NCBI GenBank assembly: GCA_051294905.1
Contig: CM119373.1
Coordinates: 994,001-1,054,000 of the forward strand
Length of the DNA stretch: 60,000 nucleotides
Reading direction: 5' to 3'
From: Botryllus schlosseri
Taxonomy: Eukaryota
Part shown: positions 37,490 through 51,000 of the stretch, in pieces
How the letters are laid out: each line of letters opens with the position of its first letter
Numbering within the stretch: the first letter of the stretch is position 1
Notes under the pieces: model-generated
The model's input: only the letters and a program-made list of their open reading frames with translations
Database searches by the model: none
Told to the model about the DNA's origin: nothing
Program-made: the position numbers and the translations under genes

Positions 37490-39800
37490 CTATTGATGGG
37501 TAACTTTAACCGTTCTTAATGAATTTGTTTGACAGATATCATTTAGCCATAACTTACAATATTTAAACTCGATATTCTTTAACATCTTGTCCACGATTTC
37601 AGCGTTTTTTTCATCCGGTTTCTTTAGCCTTATTTTTATTCTTTGGGCTATTGAAGCTATGATCCATTTGGAGTCAACCGTTTTCTTTTGATGCTTTATT
37701 TTGTTTCTACCAGCCCACACCGCCTGGTTATAGATGGTGATGGTTTTAATCAGGGCCGTTTCCTGGTCTTGTGTTGTTCTCTCATTTATATTCATACAAA
37801 GTGTTAGTTCTACCTCTGGGGTTCGTATCTGAACTCCCGTTGATGATTCCCAGGAGCTCAGTATCGCTTTTAGGGCCGGTTTCGTCTCCTTGCATTGGGC
37901 AAAGAGGTGCGCATGAGTTTCCAGTCTCGTTTTGCTGATCTCACAGTCTCTTGTTGTCGCTCCCAGTCTTGGCTCTAGCCTCTCGTTGATTTGCAGAATC
38001 CCCTGTGCAATATTCCAGTTAATTTCTTTTTGCTGTGGTGTGAGGGTGTTGTGGTTTATGTTTTTCCAGTTTTTTTCCTTCTAAATCTGATATTTCTCGT
38101 TTGTGTTGTCTTTCCAGGGTTTCCTTGTATATATCTTTCCGTCTCTTTTTGTCAAGATCCTCAGCTGCAATGCCTATTTCTCTCATTGTGTCTTTTTTCC
38201 TGTCATTTAAGGGCTGCAGTGTGTGCGCGGCCTGTCCTTTGAGATGGATCTTTTTTGTATTTTTTTTAGTGCGAAGGCTAGTTGGTAGTCTTTCCTTTTC
38301 TGCCTTCCTTTTCTCCTCATCCCTGAAGGTATTTGATTGCCGGTTTTATGTACGCTAGATCTGTTACCCTTGGGATGTCTACAAGGTCTATTCCTCCAAG
38401 GGCCGTGCTCAGTGTTAGGGTTTTGTAAGTTATTCTTCCTTCTACACCGAGGAGGAAGAGCTTGATCTTTCTTCCTAGTCTCTCTGCAATGTCCTTGGGG
38501 AACCTTGAGTTCGCGGCCTGGTATACGTAAAGTGGAAGGACGTTGGTTCTTATTATGGTCACTATTTCGTCTCTAGGCAGGTTCATTTTCCCTACTTCAT
38601 CCATGAGTTTTTTTTTTGCAGGGCTTCTTCCCATTGTTTTCAAGTAGCATATTCCTCGCTGTCGCTGGTATTTTTTCTTCCCTCGCTAAATCTTATCCCC
38701 ATGGTTTTCTTTTTGTTTATTTCCATTCCACTTGCTTTTACGAAATTGTTTATCATTTCCAAGGCCTTTTTGCAGTCCTCCTCTTTTGATAGGGTTACTG
38801 ATATATCATCAGCATATCAGCATATGCTGGTGCTATTATTGGTTCCTTTTGCCCTTTCAGTTTGTGCCCCGTGATATTTTTGTTTAAGCACGGTAGGAGT
38901 GACTCAGTTGTTATCGTGAATATCTGCATATATATCGGGTCTTCTTGCTTTATCCCGGATCTTATCGGTATGTACTAGCCCGTTCTGCCATCTATCGAGC
39001 TTTTGGCCTCGCCTTGTCGGTAAGTTTTTTCCAGGTAGCCTCGGAATTTTTTTCCGAGTCCTGCCGTCTTGAGGGCTGCCTGCATGAATTTATGATCATT
39101 CATATCATAAGCTTTCTTAAAGTCAATTGAGACAATTGCTTCCTTCCTGCTTTCTCTCGTGTCTGCTGTCACTTCCCTCATAATCAGGTTGATGTTTTTG
39201 GGTGGGTTCACATATTGCTGTGGGTGCGTTATGTGCTGTAGGTTGTTCTTTAGTCTGTTTTATAGTCTGAATTGAGCAGTGTAATTGGCCTATAATTTTT
39301 GATATCCCTTTCATCTCCATCACATTAATCACACCCCGCGCTAGGTCTGTTGGTATCTTCTGTGCAGCGTATAATTCGTTTAGCGTTCTTGCCAGGTCTT
39401 TTATGATGATTTTTAGGTTGATTGCATAAAATTCCGCACTTATCCCATCCTCGCCTGGTGATTTCTTTTTTCTCTGCTGGTTCATAGCCGGCCTTACCTC
39501 ATAGGGTTGTATTTCCGCATCTATGGCGTCCTTTTGTTTATCTGTGAGCTTCCCTTGGTGGTATTGCAGGAAGGTTTCATGTCAGTGTTCTTTTCTTTTT
39601 ATAAGTCTTTGTAGAAGACCTCTACTATTTCCCTAATTTTTTTTTGTCTTTTGTTGGCCTCCCTTGATGGCCTAGTATTTCTTTTGAGGCATCCTATCTT
39701 CTCTTCCTTATTTTTTTACATAGGAGGTATGGTTTTTTGTCAAGTAGGGTTTCCTCCTCTATTTTTCGTTCGCGAAAGCTGGCACGCTGCAGCTTCTTTG
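37490..39800 (-). mobile_element. Decayed L1/Tx1-like LINE ORF2
   Basis: KSPGEDGISAEFY, SIDFKKAYD, YADDIS, LGGIDLVD and a C-terminal ETHAHLF..C; many stops and frameshifts. Confidence 0.8.
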
Positions 39801-40139
39801 ATCAGTTTTTTTATTAATAAAACACAAGTTGGGTGGCCCTTAAAAGGGCCGTATAGCGATAAGTAAAAATTGATTACAGTTACAAAGAAGAAAATGAAAG
39901 TTTCCACGCTACACATAGTCATATTGATAATCACATGGATGAGATAATGGCCTTATGAGGAATAATAAACACATATAAGCGAATTAAAATGTAAGGGAAT
40001 GCGCGACAAGTAATCGTCATTGCATATTTTTGGCTGGCTCACAGTTAAATTCACTACTATGTACGACTACGGTATAAAATTGAGAAATAATTTTCATTTA
40101 TCAAGGATTTGTTGATTATTATTCTGACATATTGTTTTC

Positions 40140-42758
40140 TCAGGAAAAATGTTTAAATTCCGTGTTACTTACGACAAATCTTCAGTTGCGGACCACATTA
40201 TGTTCCCTGATGCTGGGCTCAACTTCAGCATACAATATTTTACCAGTGAATTCAATGACTGGCTGGATGTAGATGATATGGAAATATTGCCCGACTCTTG
40301 CAGGCTTAATATCATCAAAAATGTGGATTTGGAGATCACAAATCAGTCCATCGACTGTGACACATCTTTGGACAAAAGCACGGATGGTACTGTTAGGAAA
40401 GCAAGTGTGACAGATGAACCAGACTGGAGTTTCAAAAGTGAGTTCACCGAGATACCTTATTAAGTAGAGCTGATATTTCAATGATATTTATTTGAGTTGG
40501 GCAAACTAGTTCCGGTGAATTTCAAAGCATGCTAAATCTAGCAAGATATCTCACACACGTTCACCTTGAATTTGAAACCACATTTGGATGCTCTTTAATG
40601 ATTGTATCCGCTTCTGAAAACTGAGGGATGCGTCTTTACCATGAACACATACGAACAATGGCCCATTCTCCCATATTAGATGCGGTTTTTAAGAGCTGCT
40701 TGCAATACTCCTGCAATCGTAATTTCAAAATATTGCCTGCATGACCAATATATACGATTTCAAAGTGCACCCCATATTACTGATCTCTGTCAGCAGTATG
40801 TATATGATACTTATATGATTATTGAATTTACTTTAATTTCTAGATCCTTGATGATATGAAGCATCTTGTTAGGTGTGACATCGTACAGACGCTTCAAGTT
40901 TACAAGGAAAGCGGCAAACTTGAAAAAATTAAACGCCTTGTAATATCGAAATGGACAAAGTTACCGATGACATAAAATTGTTACTTCGTGAGTGAGAATT
41001 ATCCTCCTTTCGTTTAACTCTGGACTAAATATAGAATTCGTTGGTTTGCAGGCAAAGATGATGTATCGTGGCTAATCGGGATGGTACCGTTGCTCAAAGG
41101 CAATGATCTAGTTGTACTTCAGGTAACAAAAGAAGTTGGCCTGCCTCCTAAATTTTCATTCAATAGCAAGCTAAATGATATACGTCTATTTAATGAAAAG
41201 CCCAATGTAACTACTAGTATATATAACTACTAGCCCACTGCAAAATGACATTTGCAATCACTTTTCGAAATTAGGGATTGCGATGCATGGGTCACAGATA
41301 GGGCTGGGCAAACCCGAGTACCTGAGTGATTCGATTCTGAATCACGTAAAATGAGTCGAGTATTCCAGTATCATTATGACGTCACAACAGAATTTAATAT
41401 GTCAGGTTGAAAAATGCACCTTTTATCCCACCACAAAGAATATAATGCCTGTTATTCGTCACATTAAAGATACTTTGGTATTTTTTCGACCATACCGATT
41501 TCATTGCTCTTGTTGAAATTGTTGTTGGATGATGATGACTTTGAAAATGTGTTATTTCCAGTCACGGTCGTAGCTTTGTACTATGTCTCGTAGGCTGCGA
41601 CACGGCTAATCAAGGTTTCAAGGTTTCCCTCAATGGAAAATGGTATTAAGACTATAATTCTCGATGGTAAATTAACTTTTAGTGATGAGGAGCGCATAAT
41701 TTCAGTACTAGAAAAACTCATCTTTTACTACTCGACTCGAATCATTGTGCCCAGCCCTAGTCACAGACAGAAGTACCAAATTGCATTGGTTTCTAGTTTA
41801 TAGCATGATGTATCATTTAATGCAGAGATTATTTCCTTTGGTAGGAATTGATTCTAATATACATTACTTTACAGGAAAAGGCAACTACGCCATATCCGAC
41901 GTTACTCTGCTACAGTGGAGTGAAGGTGTCATTTGATGGAATTGTCATCCCCTGCAGTGACTTGCTGCAGGCTGTTGCTGTATTGGTGGCTATTTATTGG
42001 GTTTTCAATATTTCATTTTCCCCGCTCAACACAATTGCTTCATGCAATTTTTGTGCGGGCATGTGCTTAAATTTCCCACCATATAGGTACCCTTGAGACC
42101 GATAAAGCTTCTTAATGTCGCAGTAGTGATTTCAAAGTTAGTATTTTAAGCCTAGTTTTGCCTAATAAACTGAAAACTATCAAGTAGAAGTAGACTTTGA
42201 TCTCTATTCACCAGTATGGCAGTATAAGTCGCATTTTCAAATGAGTGAAAAAATATATGCCTAGTTTAGCTTAACAAACCGTAAACTAACAAGTGGCAGT
42301 AGTGTTTCAAGTAAGTGAGAACTAACAAGTAGCAGTAGTGTTTCAAGTAAGTGAAAAGTATCGACCTAGCTGTGCTTGACAATCCAAGAAGTAGAAGCAG
42401 TCTAAATTCAAAACAATTGATGTAGCAATCATAATCTGATTGGGGTCCTTCATTACTACCACTTCTGTTAAGCTATATCGAGTTATTCCGTTGATTTATT
42501 TATTGCCAAATTTCAATTGTAGCTGTAATAATATATGATTGAAAACTGACCCAATTTTGTGGAATCTGTAGCATCCAGCAAAGGTGAGATAGCTAAAAAT
42601 ACACCCATATGGGCGGCGATGCTTCGGGATGTAAAGGCGTCTTAATCACCTTTAGGATGTGGGTGAGTTATGTTGAAAATCAACCCCAGGGGTGTAAAGG
42701 GTGTTTTTGCTTGTACCACCTCTGGAGGTGTGGAGGTACACCTTTTTTATTTACAGTG
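40140..42758 (+). mobile_element. EnSpm/CACTA-type element remnant (spliced accessory ORF and right terminus)
   Basis: Exon-like pieces FSIQYF..EFNDWLDVDD...LPD and LLQAVAVLVAIYWVFNISF. Terminus TTTACAGTG (revcomp CACTGTAAA) with ACACC/GGTGT subterminal repeats. Confidence 0.6.
41299..41759. mobile_element. hAT MITE (461 bp)
   Basis: TIR TAGGGCTGGGCA, exact TSD GTCACAGA at 41291-41298 and 41760-41767. Confidence 0.92.
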
Positions 42759-43399
42759 TATCCACGTGCGTTTTCGTACGTATTCGCATTACCACAAAAT
42801 ATACAGGAATAATATAATGTTCGTTTCTATTATTACCAAAGTTATACCTCATAGCTTCATCTGCTGTTACGAATTACTAGGTCGAAGATATTGATTGCAC
42901 TGAAAGGAAGGACCCTGGCTAACCGAATCAGGCAGTTCCGTGAATTCGTACCAGCACTCTCCGGGCAGCAGGTCATTTCAAAACCGAACTTGCACTGCGG
43001 CGATCAAGAATACTGTTAAAATAACGATCGGTGATTTGGGCCGCCTTGAGGATGGGATGGGGAAAAGTCGGACCCGTACATCGCGGCTACTGCTTGCTAC
43101 ACCAATTTGTCGTCACGAGACGGTATCAATACGATGTACAAAATCAGTACCACACAGGTAGTAATCGAACAACATTTCAAAGCGCTGAAAATTTGAATTG
43201 CAAGGCTAGATAAAGAAATTTACGTTTCAATGTCAAAACCAAAACAATCAAGACGGGACCGTTTTTCCCTGCAAGGAGTCGAGATGCACAGCTAACAGAA
43301 GGTATAGTGAATCGTGTACCTTCGCTAGTAGAAGGGTCTGTTGTGACTACTGTCATTGCTGATACACGAGAGCCCTAAAATCAAATGAAGTTGGAAAAC

Positions 43400-45739
43400 A
43401 AACGATGTTGGGTATATTCTTGACTACCATTCGCAGCTTGGCGATGGTGAGAGATATATAGACTTCCGACTTATGGTGGTTTAAGAAACGTTCCACTTCT
43501 TGGCATGAGGAGGAAAGATATCAATCAAATTTCTCAAAGTATGGCTTGATGATGATGATGGATTTTCAAAATGGTTGGTTTATTGTACCCAGCTCTCTGG
43601 CGGATGCGGTTTGTGCAAGATTTGCATTGAAACGAAAGCACGTCTTAAGCATGGTAACCTACAAAATTTTGCTTTTGTCCAAAAGCCATGCATGGATTTC
43701 ATGAAATTTATTGAAAAGGCTAGAAAGGCTTCTTATCATAAAGAAGCAACTGCAGCTTCAAAAACTTTTCTCGGAACCATTGAAAATGATAAAAATGTAT
43801 GCACATCCCATGCAAGTGAGAGAAAATAGAAATATAACGAGAATAGAAATATAACGAGTGCGATAGTTCAGAGTAAGGTAATTTTATGAAGCTCCTTCAG
43901 TTTCGCATTGACTCTGTGGACGAACATATGAAGAAACATTTTTGATCGGATGTATGCAAATGCCGAGTACACTAGCCCGACCATACGAAATGAGATGCTC
44001 AGGAAGGACCATTATGGTTGTTGAAAAGATCGTCGCGGAGGCTAACGAATCGTTCGTGTCTGTAATAGCCGACGAGTCTTGCGACATTTACGGAAAAAAC
44101 AGCTCAGCATTGTTTTGAGATATGTGAAAGGTTCTAAAGTACACGAAAGTTTCACGAGATTTGTTGAAATGGAATGTTTCCGCAGAAGCAATTTATGCAG
44201 GCATTTTATCTCATCTCTCTACAATAAGGCTGGATTTTGACGAATTGGTCGTAGAGGGATACGATGGGGCATCAACGATGGCAGGTCACGTGTGCGGTGT
44301 ACAAAAACACATCCTTGATAAATACCCTCGTGCAATATTTGTATACTGCGCCCCGTGCAATATTTGTATACTGTGCCCTCTGGTCGTCATTGACTAGGTT
44401 TAATCAATGAGAGGGCACAGTATACAAATATTGCACGGGGCGCAGAATACAAACCTAGTCATTGACGACCAAACTAAGTTTCCAATAATCAAAACCACCT
44501 GTGACATCATCAGGGAGATGATCGTTTTTTCCATAGATAGTCCCTAAAGGTGCACTATTTTGAGAATTAATATACCCTCTGCGCGATCAGGTGGTTTGAG
44601 AAGTTGGTTTGAGAAGTATAAGAGCATCCGCTTCTTCAAGTCTAATTTTCTGAGTACCTCTCAAGTTAACCAGGAATGTTTACTAGACCTGCCAAGCGTG
44701 CGCAGTGCGATCCGGGTCATCCTGGCCTTGGCAGCAACAACTGTGGAGGCTGAAACGTCTTTTCCGTCCATGAAGCGGATCAAGACCTGGCTACGCTCAA
44801 CAATAGCTTCCGATCGCATCTCAGATTTATGTGTGCTTCATGGCCATCGCGAAAGGATGAGTGAGGACAAGATCGATAGAGTTGCAATCCTGATGTTGTC
44901 ATATTCTGTTTATTCAATAAATTGATTCTACTTTTTGTTTGAAATTACCTTCTGAATCTATAAGAGTGTCGATATTTTTCTGAACTCAGCAACCAATAAG
45001 TAACTTTGTAAACGTCTGAAGCTGATTTATTGGCCTACTAATCCATCTCTATAGGTGCATTTGTTTCTTGGCTTCTACATCAGGCGGTGGGATCTTGAAA
45101 TAAATGTGTTAGTAGCTGCTCCCTTGGACTCATCAAAAATTTCATACATAAGAGCTACAATGCTACATAGGTAAGGGAATGTATTTGCTCCGCATTACGT
45201 ATTGGCCGTCGCTACTATATAATTCCTGCATGACTGTTGTATTCCGAAATCGATAGCGCGTTTCACTGTGCAGCGATTGTCCAATTGTTAACGAATAGTA
45301 CATGAGGCAGATTCGTTTGTGCCTCACCAGGCTATTGTTTCGTTGCGACGGCATTGTCTGTAATAAAGCCGAGTGTCACCTTCCTTGGCCATTTTGAAGG
45401 GGTTAAAGTGCTCTGATACTGTCAATATTAGGATTTTTTGAATCAGTGTCACGATAGCATTTGATTGATTGATACCAGTTATTATGAATTCCAAGTTTTT
45501 TGTGATGAATTGCATTGTCTTGGGTGAGGCACGACCCGCCCGTGCCTCACGTCTCCTTGGCGCTGTATTTTTGAATAATAATTATGCAAATTGATTGTGT
45601 TTGGTGAAAAATGTTCAAATTTCGTTATTCATGAACATCGATGTAAAATATCAATATTAATCATCGACTCATGGAGGGTTTTCACTCACTCACCCTGACG
45701 GCAGGTGCCTGACCTGCCTCATTGGGCCGCACGTCCCTG
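43400..45739 (+). mobile_element. Decayed hAT (Tip100/ZMYM1-like) with right terminus
   Basis: SVIADESCDI, QLSIVLRYV, GYDGASTMAG, TTVEAETSFPSMKRIKTWLRST. Terminus GCACGTCCCTG at 45739. Confidence 0.8.
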
Positions 45740-47819
45740 ATGTATACCCTTTCATACATTATCTCATGACACCACTCCTAATCCCCACAACCGAGCCAGA
45801 GAAAAAATATAAATAACTCTGCTCAATGCGGTGAGCAGAGTTTTGGGATGGTGAAGCGAAGATTTCATATGCTGCATATACCTACGCGAATGAACTAGGA
45901 GAACGCCATCCCAGCAATAGTTGCCGCTGTATGTATTCACAACTTCGGAATACTGACTAGAGAGCTTTGCACTGATCCGGGCGAAAATGATGACGATGGT
46001 AAAGCTGATAGGGATCAAAGCGCCATACCACCGAGCTTGTCAGGCTAGGCTTACAGACATGAAATAATTGCAACCGATTTCACGTAACTTGGCGTTAAAA
46101 TGACCAATTCATTTTTAGCAATGTCATAGGTCCTTGGGATCACTCCTACAACAGTTTGCAGTCTGCATCGTCATGACATGCAGCTCCTCCTTTCTTTTCT
46201 CCTCCCTATTTCTCAAAACTTTCTCTTCCTCCAGCATAGCTATCTTTTTTTTCAGCAGTGCAATCTCACGATCTTCAATGGACTTGGCTAAAATATTTAT
46301 ACACCCAATGTACCAAGGAATCGGGCAACTTCTCCTTTACTGACTCCAACTGTGTATAGTGGTACTATTAGTTGAGCATACCAAGTATCCAACACATTGA
46401 TGATACTCAATTTGCGAGTATCTCTAATTCACTAAATCCTTGGAACATGCACCAAATAATCAGGAGTTCTAGATAGCACTATTGAGACTAATAATAATGC
46501 TACACCGCTCATAGATAAGGTCACACATTGCAACATACGCCCGACTAATGTGTGCTAGAGAATAGGCACTGGCTCTCATTACCTGCATTATCAACTTTCT
46601 CAGTCTGGATGACATACACTGCGTAAGCGCAAAGTATTAGAGAAATGTCGATAAGCACAATTACTAAAGTTCTTACCAAATTCACGTTCTGAGTTAGGCG
46701 GTTGTTCCGCTGCAGGCTTCAAAAGCAAGTTAGATGACGGGTTCTCTTCAGAACAACCTATAAAGGAGAGGTCTGAAATAATCAAACTGTAGAACACAAT
46801 GTGTCGCTGGTTGAGGGGATCAGATCAACAGTAGAAAGTATTGAATCACTTGCTGCATATTTCAAGCGAGCTGGTCTCTACAATATACAGCATTCCATGA
46901 AGCAAAGCAATGATACAAGGTGGAATTCCATCTTAAAAATGGTAAAGTCGTTTAATGACAACCAATTGGAAATTTGCACTTTGCTATAAACTCTTATGGC
47001 CAAGAATAGATACTGGAAAACAGAGACTGGAATACATTGATTGTTTTACAGGGAAAACCCTGATCACTTTCCTGGAGGAGTTCAAATCTCAGACATTGGA
47101 ATTGGAAGGTGAATTGGATGCTACCTCTTCACAAGGTATATATGACTATAATGATCTTAAACTTTCGATGCAATCATCGTCAACGCATACTTTGTTACTT
47201 CAGTTTCTGACAGAAGAGTGATCGAGATGTTTGAGTGAAAAATTTGAAATAACTGACATGCATCGTCTTGGCTTTTTTCTCAAATCCCAAATACAAAGGT
47301 CCAAATGAAAGAACCAAGGTACATGAACAACATGCTAGAAACTGGTCCTCTTTTTTCTTTCTGGAAATTCTACAAACCACAGCAAACCAGGGGAAGATCA
47401 TTCATATACTGCTTCTAAAAGGAAGGAGATAGATGGTAAGGTAGTCCGAGTCTAGATGAGCGGTTATTTAATTGGCAAGAGGAAGTTACAGGACACTATG
47501 AGTTACAGGACCCTATAACCTCGATACTGATGAGGTAGCAAACTACAATCAGACAAACTTCAGTCGACTGGACGTCGAAATTACTTGAAAATCAGAGTAA
47601 GTTCCTGAAGCGTAGTGCACATTTGCGTAATTCGTACGCGCGTACTGGACGCGTTAAGTATTTTTGTAGTTTCTTTCCTTTCTCTGCTCTTCTCTCGTTT
47701 GCTCGTCGCGTAAAGAGCCTCTTTTCTCTCGTTTTTTTTACGCGGGCATTACGCAGACCTTACGCGGAAAGTGCGATTCGTACGCGCGTATTGTTGACTT
47801 GCCAAGCTCCCAATCAGAC

Positions 47820-48088
47820 ATAGCTCCCAAATATGGTCCAGAAAAATGCCCGGCATTTTCACACCTTGGCTAGGTAACGTGTCTAACCGTTTTGAAAAGC
47901 TTATTAAATCGGCTGTTCACCGTTGTTATTTCAGCGTTAACACGCATGTGGTGTACACGACGAAATCCTTGTTGCCCAACTCTCGAAAATATGAACTTCC
48001 TGCCTTCAATGCAAGCAATGTTGTCTACCAATACAAGTGCCACTGTGATAAGATTGTTTGAGCGTATTAGGCAGCATATCCCTTAACT
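47820..48088 (+). pseudogene. Penelope-like element fragment (thumb / GIY-YIG start)
   Basis: GPEK..PWLGNVS...SNVVYQYKCHC...RLFERIRQHIP. Confidence 0.7.
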
Positions 48089-51000
48089 ATATATATCGTC
48101 TTTCAATTAAATAAAAGGGCAAAAGAAAACAGGAAACAAACGAACATCAAGATAATGAGTTTTCAGCCCTTATTAAGCGCCTCCATCGTGGGCGGTCGTG
48201 GGCGTCTTCGAGCGATAGCCCGCGTTGCGCTAGCTCGGTCTCTATTGTTGAGCGCCATGTGGTTCTATTCCAGCCACCTCTGCGCCATGGCTCCGTCGGA
48301 ATGTGGTTGATGATGGCGGCGGCTGGTTGATCGTCTTGATGCCGCACTAGATGACCGATTAAGCGTAAGCGTCGTTCAGCAGCCAGCAAACGGCATGGGA
48401 CTGTTTTTGTGAGTTTGCGCAGAGCATTGGTGGATATGTGCTCCGGGTGGTGGATGCCGAGTGCGTAGCGGAGGAGTGCATCGTAGTTGGCGTTGAGTGT
48501 CTTAGCCAGCTTTTCTGTCAGCGTGAGTGCTTCTATTCCGTAGAGAAGAACCTGCTCGACAGTGGCACGGAAGATGCGGGTCTTGAGCTGGGTTGAGGCA
48601 CTTGAGTGGAAGAGGCTATGTAGCCGTCTTGCCGCGCCCCAGGCCTTTGCTCGCCTCGCCTTGAGCGCTTTTCCAGAGTCAGCGACGTCAATACCGAGGT
48701 ATACAAAACTCGTTACATACTTGAGATCGATATCTCCCAGTTGAATTGGTGTCGCGTTCGCCGGTAGAGCTGGTATGGCCAGAACCTCAGTCTTCTTAGC
48801 GTTGATCTGGAGGCCAACAAGAGCGGCGGCGGCCTCTAGCTGGTTTATGAGACACTGTGCCGATGCGGTGTTCGGGGCAAGCAGGGCTAGGTCGTCTGCG
48901 TATGCAAGAACACCTACGTGGATTGCCTCGCGAGTCGTACGCGTGCGCGTTCCTTGCCGTGGCCGCCATTCGAAGAAGTTCGTAGTATCCGGGAAGGCCG
49001 TTCGCAGCACGAAGTCAAGGATGACCACAAACAAGAATGGTGCCAGGGTGTCACCTTGAAGCACACCAGCCGAAGTGTTGAAATCTCCGCTTGGGCCGTC
49101 ATCTGTTCGGACTCGCGCTCGTGTGTCAGTGTAGAGGGCCATAATGGCGTACGTTATCACCTCAGGAATTCCATAGAATCTGAGGATCTCCGCCATGGCT
49201 GGGCGCGAGACCGAGTCGAAGGCTTTCGCGAAATCAACGAAAACGGCCACAACATTCTTTTTGTGTGAGCGGCAGGTGTCAATGATTGTGCGCAGTGCCA
49301 GGATGTGCTCTGTTGTACCGCGGGATGGTCGAAATCCATTCTGAGCATTCAGGAGCTTGGTAGAGAGTTGCTCACGTATGCGAAGGAGCAGTACTCGGTC
49401 GAACAGCTTGGCAGCGGTCTGCATCAGGGAGATGCCTCTGTAGTTCGCTGGGTCACTCGCAGCGCCTTTCTTGTAGATAGGGACGATTTCGCTCTCGAGC
49501 CACTCGGGGGGCACCGGGCCGCCTTCGAGGACGCCATTCATGATGTCGAGGAGCACAGGTGCAACGCCCGAGGTGTAAGCAGCCGTTGGGATGCCGTCCG
49601 TGCCGGTGGCCTTGAATTGTGGTACTCCACTCATGGCTGTCTTGAGCTCACCTAGCGTGATCAGGGTTGTATTGATCGCTAGAGGATTTGCTGCTAGTGA
49701 AGGCGGTGCAACGAGCACATCGATGTCCGGTGCAGGTGTAGATAACAGGGTCTCGAAGTGTGCTGCGAGGTCTTCCGTACAGGCCTTCACGCGGGTCCTC
49801 TTGAAGCCAACTAATTCACCGATAGCTTTCCAGGCTGCTCTTGGTCGGCCTGCTTCCAACTCCTTTTCCACGGAAAGGGCAATGGCTTCGACTCGTTCCT
49901 TGCGAGCTGCGTCGTAAACGTTTGTTAAATATAGAGCTGCCTCGTTCGCATCGCTATGTGCGTCCAGTGTTCCAGAGGTGTACGCAGCACGTCTGAGAGT
50001 CTTGAGGTTGCGGCGCGCACTGAGCACTGTCGGGTCGGATTCCCAGGCTAATCTTGGCCGTGGCTTGCTACGGGCCTCACCGAGCGTTTCACGGGCGGCA
50101 TCCTTGACTGCTGCTACAAGTGGCGCAAAGTCGGTCGGCATAGCATTTTGGATCTCGAGGGCGCGGAGTGTGTGCGTGGTAAAGACATTCATCGTATTTG
50201 CGTCCTTAAGATCGAACCAATTTGGTAGGGGCTCTTTCGGTGTGCGCTTCGGGACGAACGGGAGGCGTTCACGAAGCGTGGCCAGCACCATGCGATGGTC
50301 ACTCCTGATCGTTAGCATGCGCACCGTTCGGCAGTTCGTGAAATGGCGCCGTGCGGGAGCATTGCAGCAGATATAGTCCAGCCGTGTGTTGCGTTGGCGC
50401 ATACCGTCAAATGTCGTCATACGCTTCGGCTTCATAGAGAAGTTGGCATTGAGAGGAATGAGGTCGCAGCGGTCGAGTAGATTGGTAAAATGCTCCGAGT
50501 TGCTGTTCTCATGGCCAACTGGGAAGCGAACTCGCTGCGAGCGCTCGGCCAACGTGGCATTCATGTCCCCAAGCAGCATGGTTATGTCGCGCTGCGGGTA
50601 GGTTGATAGAATGCCTTCTAGTTGGTCGTAGAAGGCGAGCGTATCAGCTGGGAAGGCAGTGGTGTTCGGAGATGTTGGTCCATACGCACACACTAGGTGC
50701 AGTTTGCGGCGACGGAGTTGAATGCTGGCTGTGATAATCCGGCTGTTTATAACGCAAATCTTTGCCTCGGCGTGGAAACGCTGGGACAAGATTAGACCGA
50801 CGCCTCCAACTCCGCCTTGGTTGGCAGGTGATTGGATCATGATGATGCCTGCGCCTAGGTCTTTTTCACGGAATGGTTCGGTGAAGTGCTGGCGATGTTC
50901 TTGGATTGCCAACGCATCAAGTTTGAGGTCTGTCACAAGTGCGGCAGCTTCTTCCTGGCGCCATACAGAGTTCAAAGTTCTCGTGTTCAGAGTTCCAAGT

